Shown: piece after piece, positions 30,606 to 39,717 of the stretch
How positions within the stretch are numbered: position 1 is the stretch's first letter
Layout of the letters: each line of letters opens with the position of its first letter
Source of the DNA: a virus
Direction: 5' to 3' (one strand)
Virus record (IMG/VR): IMGVR_UViG_3300035696_001556
Span: 96,001 to 160,000 of that record
DNA length: 64,000 bases
Notes under the pieces: generated by a model
What the model was told of the DNA's origin: nothing
Databases searched by the model: none
The model's input: the letters and a program-made list of their open reading frames with translations, nothing else
Made by a program: the position numbers and the translations under genes

Positions 30606-31604
30606 ATGTCTCTCATCACTAGAATAAATCAGCCTTTTGCATCGTTAACCAAAGATAGTGCTATCCAAGGAAATAGTATTGTCTTTATCAAAGGTGGCTC
30701 TACCATAATAAATGGTAATTGGTTGCAGTTTAATGACCTTAGGATAGACGTACAGGCGCTGGTAGAAAGTTACATAAGTCAGCAAGCAACTAGGATTTTT
30801 AATACAGTAAACGGGATTTTGTATGTAGTTATAACTCTCAATCAAAGTAGTAAGTTAGAGGTGATACCAAGTATCTCTTTAAACCAGACAACGACAGGGA
30901 GTGTAAAAGTTTTCAGTTCCTTGTCTGGAAGATTGCCACTGATGCTGGTTACCCTGCAACAGGACGGATCAAATGATTTATCCAGTATCATACCTATTAC
31001 AGCTGATGCTATAGAAGTCTACAAAGGTTATGGAAATTTTACATTAATAGGGCAACAAGGAGAGACTGGTCCTCAAGGAGATACAGGGATACAGAACGGA
31101 ATAGGACTAACTGGATTAAATGGACTAATAGGTGAACAAGGAATAACAGGTTGTATAGGATCAATAGGAGAAAACGGAGTACTAGGAGCGACAGGATTGG
31201 AAGGACAGGTTGGTGTTTCCATACCCAGAGAGGTATTCATAATACCCGTTAATCCTATAGCTAATTTCGTTGGAGTTCCCTTATCTGTAGATCAAAGTGT
31301 AGGGGTTGCTTTTACTAATCTGTCATTGGGTGATTGGAATAGCCTACTATGGGATTTTGGGGATGGATCAACTTCTACAGATAGTTCCAATCCTATAATT
31401 CACGCATATGATAATGTTGGTGTTTATACAGTTACCCTTTATTTATACGGTGTAGGTAACAATAGCAGTTCGACTGGAAATTCACCTTTTACTGTTATTG
31501 AACCTTATGACGTTCAGGATACGATAGATCCAAATAATCCATATGGCACTTGGACAACTGTAATAGGAAATGTTAATGTCACACAGAATTCAGTAGTTCC
31601 TTAA
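30606..31604 (+). CDS. Collagen-repeat + PKD virion protein
   Basis: GXY run 31050-31214; PKD PIANF...FTNLS...WDFGDG...HAYDNVGVYTVTL. Confidence 0.75.
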   Translation: MSLITRINQPFASLTKDSAIQGNSIVFIKGGSTIINGNWLQFNDLRIDVQALVESYISQQATRIFNTVNGILYVVITLNQSSKLEVIPSISLNQTTTGSVKVFSSLSGRLPLMLVTLQQDGSNDLSSIIPITADAIEVYKGYGNFTLIGQQGETGPQGDTGIQNGIGLTGLNGLIGEQGITGCIGSIGENGVLGATGLEGQVGVSIPREVFIIPVNPIANFVGVPLSVDQSVGVAFTNLSLGDWNSLLWDFGDGSTSTDSSNPIIHAYDNVGVYTVTLYLYGVGNNSSSTGNSPFTVIEPYDVQDTIDPNNPYGTWTTVIGNVNVTQNSVVP

Positions 31605-31619
31605 TAAAGGAGATTTTTG

Positions 31620-32780
31620 ATGTCAGAAACTGGAGCATTAAAGCACATCATTCAAATAAACGACCTGAGAAGTAATTTAGAGCAAGGCTTAACTGGAGCT
31701 GGTCTTACTGAACTAAAAGCTAATCAGATAGCAATAGCTTTAGGAACAACAGGCCCTTCTCCCGTTTATCGACTTTTGTTCAGAGACAGTGTTGGAGGTC
31801 CTCATGATGTCGCTAATTTAACTGATATTGGAGCTGGTCCTGCTGGAGCAACTGGAGTTCTTGGATCTACGGGTCTTAAGGGAGCAACTGGAGCACAAGG
31901 AGTAACAGGACTTTCCGGTGTTGGTGGCGGTGGAGGTGTTACTGGAAGTGGAGTCAGCACTCAAGTAGCTGTTTGGACTGCTAATGGGTCTATTGGTGGA
32001 TTTAATGGATTTATTTATACAGGAGGTTCTTATTCTCCAATTTTATCTTTAGTAAATGGGGAAACCGGTGGGACAACTGTACTTAATTTTGTTGATGAAG
32101 ATAGCCAAATTTCTTCAGAAGGTAGCTTTGACCTTAATTCAGGTGGAGATTTTAATTATTCAACAACTGATCCAACAGGAAATTTTAACATTACCTTGGA
32201 TCCTGAAGGAACTGGGAGTTTTTATTTACATTGTCAGGTAGCTTCTTTCTCACTCAGTCCAAGTGGAGGAGCAGGAAGCTATACTCTTAACTTTTCTGCT
32301 GGAACTACACTTGTTGCCAAATTTGAAGGGGGTTCCGGTTTAGATCAGGTATGGTCTGCAGGAGCAAATAATGACAATCTTATAATAGCATCTGGCGGAA
32401 GTTTTGAGCTACAGGCAAATTCAAACATTTTTTTACGGGCATCTTATTCTGTTGAAGAAGGAGTTTATAATGATAGTAATTTATATATAATGAATTTTAT
32501 TGGGTCAAGTTTTTCTCCCCCTTCAGCGGATGTGGCTGGAAGTATACAAATGTCAGCTGTTGGAGATCTTAATATTTTTTCTGGATTAGGCGCTGATGAT
32601 GAGCGTACAATTAACATGTATTGTTATACTTCTGGTGGCTCAACTATAAAGTTATTAACTCTTTCTCCAAATTTTAATGGAAGTGGAACAGTTTTTATAT
32701 ATAGTCTTCCTAGTGACTCTGGAGGACTTACAACTGGGGCACTGTATAATTCAAGTGGTACATTAAAAATTAAATCTTAA
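31620..32780 (+). CDS. Tail fibre-like protein with short collagen segment
   Basis: SD AAGGAG before ATG 31620. GAT/GST/GVT triplets, GGGGVTGSG..QVAVW fibre motif, C-terminal LPS..GL..GALYNSSGTLKI. Confidence 0.7.
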   Translation: MSETGALKHIIQINDLRSNLEQGLTGAGLTELKANQIAIALGTTGPSPVYRLLFRDSVGGPHDVANLTDIGAGPAGATGVLGSTGLKGATGAQGVTGLSGVGGGGGVTGSGVSTQVAVWTANGSIGGFNGFIYTGGSYSPILSLVNGETGGTTVLNFVDEDSQISSEGSFDLNSGGDFNYSTTDPTGNFNITLDPEGTGSFYLHCQVASFSLSPSGGAGSYTLNFSAGTTLVAKFEGGSGLDQVWSAGANNDNLIIASGGSFELQANSNIFLRASYSVEEGVYNDSNLYIMNFIGSSFSPPSADVAGSIQMSAVGDLNIFSGLGADDERTINMYCYTSGGSTIKLLTLSPNFNGSGTVFIYSLPSDSGGLTTGALYNSSGTLKIKS

Positions 32781-32802
32781 ATAATATTAAAAAGGAGATA
32801 AA

Positions 32803-33663
32803 ATGAAGTTAAATGTAAGCATCATTTATCCGAATCATGGCCAGGTTTCTTATATAACAAAAAAAAGTGTAAATGATTTAGTCAAATCCAAAATAGCTGA
32901 GATAACCGTAAAAATGACGCAAGGAAGCAACTTACCTTCAGCTAGGAATAATGCAATTAATTATAGCAAAAGTTTTGAGATATACCAAAAATTAGAAAAT
33001 TTTGATTATATGCTTATGCTTGATTCTGATATGGGATTTGTTCCAGAAGATATTCAGAAATTGATTAATCATAATAGGGATATTATAAGCGCAGCCTATC
33101 AAAGAAGAGAAAACCTTGACATCATATGTGCGGGATATTGGAAGGATAATGTTGGTGGTATTAATGATACAGAAAGATTTATATCTTGGTCCGAAAAAGA
33201 ATTGAAAAAAGTTGATTGGATTGGGGCAGGATGTCTGCTCATTAAACGGGAAGCTTTAGAGAAAATGGAATATCCTTGGTTTAGAGCGGAGTTAATAAAA
33301 TTTAAAAAAGATGATAAGGATGTCCAAATTATTACGAGTGATGATTTTGGTTTTTGTAAAAACGCAAAAAAACACAATTTAGATGTATATGTTGATTGTT
33401 CTTGTAAAGTTGAGCATTTGTCCATGAATACTGGTACCATTGTATCTGATTTGCCTTTAGATGTTCGTAAAAATGTGGTTGAAGAAGAAATGAAAAAACT
33501 TGAAATAGAGATATATCGTGTAGCCTTAAAAGTAGAGGCAGTTAAAAATGTACCTGGTATAACAGATGACTCAACAAAAAAACTTGATGCCTTGAAATCT
33601 TTGAAGTCAGTCTATCTCAAAGAGATGGAAAAATTACAGAGAATAAATGTACATTCTTTTTAA
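32803..33663 (+). CDS. GT-A fold (family 2-like) glycosyltransferase with C-terminal coiled coil
   Basis: ARNNAI; DYMLMLDSD (DxD); VDWIGAGCLLIKRE; PWF; SDDFGFC; VYVD...H. SD AAGGAG. Confidence 0.85.
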   Translation: MKLNVSIIYPNHGQVSYITKKSVNDLVKSKIAEITVKMTQGSNLPSARNNAINYSKSFEIYQKLENFDYMLMLDSDMGFVPEDIQKLINHNRDIISAAYQRRENLDIICAGYWKDNVGGINDTERFISWSEKELKKVDWIGAGCLLIKREALEKMEYPWFRAELIKFKKDDKDVQIITSDDFGFCKNAKKHNLDVYVDCSCKVEHLSMNTGTIVSDLPLDVRKNVVEEEMKKLEIEIYRVALKVEAVKNVPGITDDSTKKLDALKSLKSVYLKEMEKLQRINVHSF

Positions 33664-33777
33664 CCTATAAATAAGAAAAAATTATGATTGAAACCACTTG
33701 CTACAACTCAGAAACAGTTGAATAATATTAACAGTTTGTTAGCACAACTGTCCTAAATAGACAGAAAGATAAATAAA

Positions 33778-36700
33778 ATGGCAGATGTGACTTCAGAATC
33801 TCTTGCTCAACAGGAGCTAAACGGTAGAAAGAGGTTTGATACAGGGATAGAGTTTGAAAAAATAATCTCTAACCTATCTCGAACCATCCAGGATCGTTTG
33901 ATTATAAATCTGCCTAGCAACTACCCTCAAGATCGCAATACCAATCTAGCAGAGCTTTACAGAGCCTTTTCCGAGGAGTTTGCCCGTCTACAATCTTCTT
34001 TGTCCGATGTTAACGCCGATCAATATCACGATACGACAAGATATCAATACCTCTATGAGATCCTAGGGGATACTCTCTTCCTTGATGATAACGCGATAAA
34101 TAACAACATTTCGGATGTAGCGTACAGACAGTTCCTGATAACTGTTAGGAATGCATACTATGGCGGAAGCAGAACAGCTAATATCGAAAGTGCTGTGTCA
34201 GATATCTTGGGTGTCCCGGTAGTCCTAAAAGAGCTATATCTGGAAGCGAGAAAAAGTAGCTCTTCGTACACAGTCAAAGATTCTAACAAGATGTTTTTTG
34301 ACGTGCTCATGGATTACGTTTCTTCATCATCTTCCATAGGGCAGATCCTGCAAAGTTTAGCTTTTTTCTTAAGTCTTATTAAACCAGGACACACGCTCTA
34401 TGATACTCGCCTAGTATGGAAAGACGCTATATCACATGACAGAGCATGCACTCCTGTTTATACAGCGGGAATGACATCAGGTACGTTTTATGGTGTAGAT
34501 AAAATAGGCATGGTGACTTCTGTTATAAGTAGTTTATACTATTTCCCTAGCCCTATCCCCGATGTAAGTCAAAGATGGATAGAGGGTACTGTAGTCTCTG
34601 TAGACTCCAACAAAAGTATAGTCTATGCCCAGGATCTTCAGAGCAATAATTTAATCTTAGTAGTCGTAACAAATTCTCAGTTATATGAGAGAACTCAAGA
34701 CGAAGAAGATGAAATAATAGATACTCCGATTACTATAGATGATCTACCTGTTGGGGGAAGTATAAAATTTTATGCTACTCAAGATAGTCCAACTAGTTCT
34801 GGAGTAATAAAATCAAATTGGCTGTATACGGATGTGATTGTATCAATCGACCCTTCATTAGAGATAATAAATCTTAAATCTGGTGGAATTTTAGTTTATA
34901 ACTCTGATGCTTTGATCTATACAAGAGACAGCGAAGGGGAATACAGAATATTAGTTACGGATCTGCTACCTGGATACACAATAGTGTTTAAAGGTACTCT
35001 GTACACTGAATCATTTAATTTTTACAACGTCCCAACAGAAGTCCAAGAAAATATCTACAAACAATATGATCCTGAAATAATAAGAAAGCCTTATTTCCAG
35101 GATAACGTAAAGAAAGTCCTTGAGACAAGAGACGGTCTACCTATAGGCCCTGCAGTCGTAATGATCGATGGAGTAGCGACATCGGTATATGTAAATGGAA
35201 AATTTTATGAAAGAGCAAACTCAGTAAATTATCAGAGCACCGAAATCTATAGATACAGTCTCTACATAAACAATGTCTATACCGATCAGTTTTCTATCCA
35301 AGCTCCTAATCCTGAGATAACAATAGATGAAGCAAAAGCTATATTTATTTCGCGTGGGGATACAGGACTAGAGACAAATCCTTATACGATAGATGTAAGT
35401 ACGACTGCTCAATTGCTTGAATCAACTGATAGCCCTACAGTCCAGGCAATAGGAATAGGAGCAACAGGTCAAACCGAGGCTTGTGACAGAAGAGCCGAAT
35501 GCCATCTGATCCCTTATTATGAAGATAATAGAAAATATTATGAGTATCCAGACGTTGAGTTGACTTCAGGTTTTATTCATACCCCATACATACCTCCTAT
35601 AGGTAGCCCAACAGGACTTAATCTTCCCGCATATTTTAATATATCTCAAGACCCTAACACATACCAGATGCCGCTACTCCCTATTTTGAATAGTATAGGT
35701 ACACCGGCATCTCCTGGTGATTTAACAGTATACGTAAATGGCTTGAAAGTTGTTGATGCTGTAAGTAGCGTTGATCCTTGGACAGGAGGGGTTGGCCTAA
35801 ATTTTCTTCCCCCAGCTAACTCACTTATCAGAATCGATTATTATTACTCAGGGAGATACCCCCTTGCGCAATATTATATCGAAAGAATAGGAGAGGTACA
35901 ATCGTCGCAACGACTACAATGGCCTTACCCACTAACGGCTACTGGGATGTATGGTGGCGCACAAGATTTTCAGGTAGATCTATATCCTATTTTAAATCAA
36001 CAGGGAGAACTTGCCTGCCCTTCAGATATAGAAACCTTTGTAGGGGATCCAGGGGCTACGGGTATCATCGTAAACAACATAGGTGATTATACCCTTGTTA
36101 CAAATTCTAGCCTAGCTGGAGTAGCAGGTGGTGATACACTAATAGTGAACTCCCAGGATATCTTTGAGAATACTCTCATTTATTCAATCGTCGGGATAAC
36201 AGGTACAAACGATATCATAGTTGATAGGGCGTTCCCGCTAGATATAACTTTAGCCACACCTACTTTTGAAACCATAAGATTCACAGGAGTTACAGGGGCT
36301 GTAGATCAAATAAGACCGCTTTTAGGTCACATCCATACAGCCATTACAGGAGCGGTAGGTTCCTATATCAAGTTTGATTATTATTTCACGAACTTCAATA
36401 GGACATATACAATGGTCCCTGATGTCTGGGGAGCTACTGGCTTTAAAGGATATCCAGGGATTACTGGTTTTTATACGGATCAAGGACATACCCCTGATAC
36501 TTTCTACGGAAATTATAGCGGATTTACCCTTGTCCCTGACCAAGGTCTTACTGGATATGTAAATCCAATATTCGAATTCGGGCAGGTAGCCAAAACAGGA
36601 TATCGTTACAGGGCTTTCAATCTTTCCAACAGTTCTGTATTAAATTCTAGAGATACTTTAGTCCTTGATGGATATACTAAAGAAGATGGAAGAGCGTCTT

Positions 36701-38082
36701 GGAAGAATAATCACAATGTCCTGGATCAATATAGCCTTCTGTTTAGCCCGGAATATCTAACTGACACAAGTCAAAGTATAGTTTTGAATGATAAATATCT
36801 ACAAAACAATTTGGATCCTGTTACCAAGCTATACCCCGGTACGCCTCCTTTTGTTCAGACATACAGCGATGATGGGCATTATGTAGATAACAACCTTCCG
36901 CAGGAACAGAACACATATCAAGAGCCTTCTCAGGCATCGTACGATTTAAACGCAGGATTTACTATAGTAGGAACCGATACTTCTGGTTTAGTAGATTATC
37001 AACCTGTATGCGAATATGAAAAAAACAGACGGATAAGACTGTACTCTGGATTGAAGATGGTAGAGACAGGTTATACAGGGTTCCAAGGGCCTCTGACTTC
37101 TATTACAGAGGGACAGAGATCGCTACCATTTAGGATGCTTTTTATAGATCAATATTATCCAGATAGAGAACAAAGACTGAATGACTATTTGGATTATATA
37201 AATAGAGTCCCAGAGGAGTTGAAGAGCGGGGTCCTTAAAACCTTAAAAAATTCAAAGATTGTAAAACGGGTAGAAGGTAATTGGCTGTCTCTTAGAACAG
37301 GCGACATGCTGACTATACAAAATGTTCCGTACAACGGATCAATATTGGATATAGTCTACACTGTTCTGAATGTTATAGACTATGAAACTGTAGAACTGAC
37401 GACAACATTCAAGCAAGTTTCTGGGGAATATAATTATGAATTGACCAGAGATACCGTTTACAATGTGGATGTCTATCTTAATAAAGTAACAAGGGCGATA
37501 TCAGTTACCGGTATAAATACATTACAAAGCCTAGGTGCTGTAGGTTTAGTTGGTATCCCAGAATATGGAGAGACAGGTTTATATAGCGAAATGACTTTCC
37601 CTGATCCTGGTCTTGAGCCCTATCCTAGGAGTCCTGACAATCCCGATATTACTAGTCTACCTACAGGCGATAGAACTATCCTTCTGCATCATGAGACTGG
37701 GTTGGGGCCAACTGATACTAGATACATACCTCTTATCAGTGAGATAATAGGTGGTGAAGGAAGTTCTGTGTTTTATACTGGTATGTATCCAGGATACACT
37801 GGATCATACACCGGCCCAAGTGGAGCCTTGAACTTAGGGTTGACTGGGCCTACTTGTGATAATGTTCCAACAGTGGTAGAAGGCGATGACAAGTATTTCA
37901 TACCTTCTGGCTATTCAGGGATTTTCTGGGCGTACAGTGAATCTGAATACCGTATTAATTGGAGAAACTGGGACATGGGTTTGATGATAATACACAATCC
38001 AGGTGGGATAGTGGGTCTAAGTGGATCTGAGGGAATCATAGGAATAACAGGTACAACAGAGTGGGGAATCAAATTAGTCTAA
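33778..38082 (+). CDS. Large baseplate wedge protein (P2 gpI/gp7-like N-terminus)
   Basis: N-terminal LPSNYP...YLYEILG...YRQFL...YYGGSR..NIE..V..ILG..V.LKE...LIKPGHT, typical of tail_P2_I-like domains. Confidence 0.7.
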   Translation: MADVTSESLAQQELNGRKRFDTGIEFEKIISNLSRTIQDRLIINLPSNYPQDRNTNLAELYRAFSEEFARLQSSLSDVNADQYHDTTRYQYLYEILGDTLFLDDNAINNNISDVAYRQFLITVRNAYYGGSRTANIESAVSDILGVPVVLKELYLEARKSSSSYTVKDSNKMFFDVLMDYVSSSSSIGQILQSLAFFLSLIKPGHTLYDTRLVWKDAISHDRACTPVYTAGMTSGTFYGVDKIGMVTSVISSLYYFPSPIPDVSQRWIEGTVVSVDSNKSIVYAQDLQSNNLILVVVTNSQLYERTQDEEDEIIDTPITIDDLPVGGSIKFYATQDSPTSSGVIKSNWLYTDVIVSIDPSLEIINLKSGGILVYNSDALIYTRDSEGEYRILVTDLLPGYTIVFKGTLYTESFNFYNVPTEVQENIYKQYDPEIIRKPYFQDNVKKVLETRDGLPIGPAVVMIDGVATSVYVNGKFYERANSVNYQSTEIYRYSLYINNVYTDQFSIQAPNPEITIDEAKAIFISRGDTGLETNPYTIDVSTTAQLLESTDSPTVQAIGIGATGQTEACDRRAECHLIPYYEDNRKYYEYPDVELTSGFIHTPYIPPIGSPTGLNLPAYFNISQDPNTYQMPLLPILNSIGTPASPGDLTVYVNGLKVVDAVSSVDPWTGGVGLNFLPPANSLIRIDYYYSGRYPLAQYYIERIGEVQSSQRLQWPYPLTATGMYGGAQDFQVDLYPILNQQGELACPSDIETFVGDPGATGIIVNNIGDYTLVTNSSLAGVAGGDTLIVNSQDIFENTLIYSIVGITGTNDIIVDRAFPLDITLATPTFETIRFTGVTGAVDQIRPLLGHIHTAITGAVGSYIKFDYYFTNFNRTYTMVPDVWGATGFKGYPGITGFYTDQGHTPDTFYGNYSGFTLVPDQGLTGYVNPIFEFGQVAKTGYRYRAFNLSNSSVLNSRDTLVLDGYTKEDGRASWKNNHNVLDQYSLLFSPEYLTDTSQSIVLNDKYLQNNLDPVTKLYPGTPPFVQTYSDDGHYVDNNLPQEQNTYQEPSQASYDLNAGFTIVGTDTSGLVDYQPVCEYEKNRRIRLYSGLKMVETGYTGFQGPLTSITEGQRSLPFRMLFIDQYYPDREQRLNDYLDYINRVPEELKSGVLKTLKNSKIVKRVEGNWLSLRTGDMLTIQNVPYNGSILDIVYTVLNVIDYETVELTTTFKQVSGEYNYELTRDTVYNVDVYLNKVTRAISVTGINTLQSLGAVGLVGIPEYGETGLYSEMTFPDPGLEPYPRSPDNPDITSLPTGDRTILLHHETGLGPTDTRYIPLISEIIGGEGSSVFYTGMYPGYTGSYTGPSGALNLGLTGPTCDNVPTVVEGDDKYFIPSGYSGIFWAYSESEYRINWRNWDMGLMIIHNPGGIVGLSGSEGIIGITGTTEWGIKLV

Positions 38083-38086
38083 TACT

Positions 38087-38094
38087 CTACTAAT
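38087..38094 (+). promoter_or_regulatory. Putative late-promoter motif variant CTACTAAT
   Basis: One mismatch to CTATTAAT, followed by TTTTTATC identical to the 30574 site. Confidence 0.45.
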
Positions 38095-38141
38095 TTTTTA
38101 TCCTATATAGGGCTACTATTTAATAGTTTAAGGAGATTTAT

Positions 38142-38717
38142 ATGTTTAAGGAGTTCTTAGCTAAAGGGTTGCAGCAGCTTCTTTATTTTTTTACGGGGAT
38201 AAGATACCAAGAAGAAGCAAAGAAATTAAAAGGTGAACTGTTTTTGTTTTTGAAAGAGAACGGTAAGATAATAAAAACTATCCACCAATCCAACATCATA
38301 GTGAATACCGCCTCTATATTGATAGCTCGTTTGCTTAAGGACAACACCGAACCTGCAGCTGGTATATCATATTTGGCTGTAGGAAGTGGAAATGACAACT
38401 GGGATCCTTTTGATCCCCCAGCCCCAACTACCTCGCAATGCCTCTTAGAAAATGAATTATTTAGAACTAATATATCTGCTTCTACTTTCGTAGACCCACA
38501 AACAGCAGAACCTACATCAGTGGCCACAAACATAGTTGACTATGCAACCAGCTTTTCAGAAGCACAAGCTGTAGGTCCGATAATGGAATTGGCTTTGTTC
38601 GGTGGCGAAGCTACTTCCACCATAAATACAGGTACGATGATAAATTGGAGGACATTTCCCGTTATAAACAAGACAAACGCAATGACATTGACGATTATTT
38701 TCCGTATCACAGCATAA
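38142..38717 (+). CDS. Tail-collar/fibre-attachment protein (P2 gpH N-terminal-like)
   Basis: NIIVN...YLAVGSG...LENELFR...EA.GPIMELALF...FPVINKT..MTLTIIFRIT pattern; SD AAGGAG. Confidence 0.7.
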   Translation: MFKEFLAKGLQQLLYFFTGIRYQEEAKKLKGELFLFLKENGKIIKTIHQSNIIVNTASILIARLLKDNTEPAAGISYLAVGSGNDNWDPFDPPAPTTSQCLLENELFRTNISASTFVDPQTAEPTSVATNIVDYATSFSEAQAVGPIMELALFGGEATSTINTGTMINWRTFPVINKTNAMTLTIIFRITA

Positions 38718-38729
38718 AGGTTTTCACGG

Positions 38730-39716
38730 ATGAAACAGATCATAAAGAGATGCTCCAATATCGGAGCCGATGTACTAGGCTTTATCAAAGTCGGCGGAGA
38801 CTCTTTAGCCATTATTGAAAAGAATAATGAGATTAAGGGAGTACTTAACGGTTGTGAGATCTTCAAGACTAGTAATTTTAGAGATGACATGAATAACATA
38901 GTCTGTGTATTTGGAGACCTAGCTAAGAATTTGTACAATAAAAATAAGCCAGAGGATTTTACCATCTACAAAGAACATTGGGCTAGCGATAAACATTCAA
39001 TGGGAGGAGTCCTTGATCTTGTACTTTCCAATTTGAAAAAAGAGGCTAAGGTAACACTAAAAGTAAGAGCAAAAGAATCCTCTATAAACTTCGATCCATC
39101 TTTAAAATATGGAAGCAAAATAGATCCTAGCATCCTGAACAAGAATGTGAATGTTTTTAGTCTTAAACTAAACAATGCGGGTTTGGTTCTTCAAAATTTT
39201 TTACGGTGTGCTTCGGTATTAACAAGATGTAAATTAGAGAACAAAGACCCTGTCTGGGGAGAGAAAGAGATTTCTAGTTACATAAGTGATATCAGGGGAA
39301 AAATAGCCTCGAACGATTCTGAGATAGGTAAGCTTGATTTTTATAAAGAGATGATTGAAAAAACGGCTAGTAAAATACATTTAAAACTTTCCTCAGAGCT
39401 TTTCAAAAAAAATTCAGAGGAAAGAAAGATCTTAGGTGGCGTGCTGATTCCCGAGTTGATCGACAACTATGAAGGATTTAAAAAGTTAGCTACTTCTGTT
39501 GTTTTTGCTGCGGCTCCTTTAGCGTGCGTGGACGATATGTTCAGAAAATATACAAACTATCCCGCTAGCTGGTTTATATCGGACGATGTTTTGATCGGTC
39601 TTAATGACGGATATGCTTTTTTGATAAATTTTATGCAGGAACTTCCTAGAATAGAAACAAACGCAATTATACCGTTAGATGTGTACGGTACTCAAATCCT
39701 AAACAAAGGCAGATAA
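38730..39716 (+). CDS. Hypothetical K/E-rich protein within the virion operon
   Basis: 328-aa coupled ORF whose composition differs from the neighbouring beta-rich proteins. Confidence 0.6.
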   Translation: MKQIIKRCSNIGADVLGFIKVGGDSLAIIEKNNEIKGVLNGCEIFKTSNFRDDMNNIVCVFGDLAKNLYNKNKPEDFTIYKEHWASDKHSMGGVLDLVLSNLKKEAKVTLKVRAKESSINFDPSLKYGSKIDPSILNKNVNVFSLKLNNAGLVLQNFLRCASVLTRCKLENKDPVWGEKEISSYISDIRGKIASNDSEIGKLDFYKEMIEKTASKIHLKLSSELFKKNSEERKILGGVLIPELIDNYEGFKKLATSVVFAAAPLACVDDMFRKYTNYPASWFISDDVLIGLNDGYAFLINFMQELPRIETNAIIPLDVYGTQILNKGR

Positions 39717-39717
39717 A

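Noticed and set aside
33666-33673. T4-type late promoter TATAAATA
   Set aside because: Single intergenic instance; better explained as a variant of the local CTATTAAT motif.
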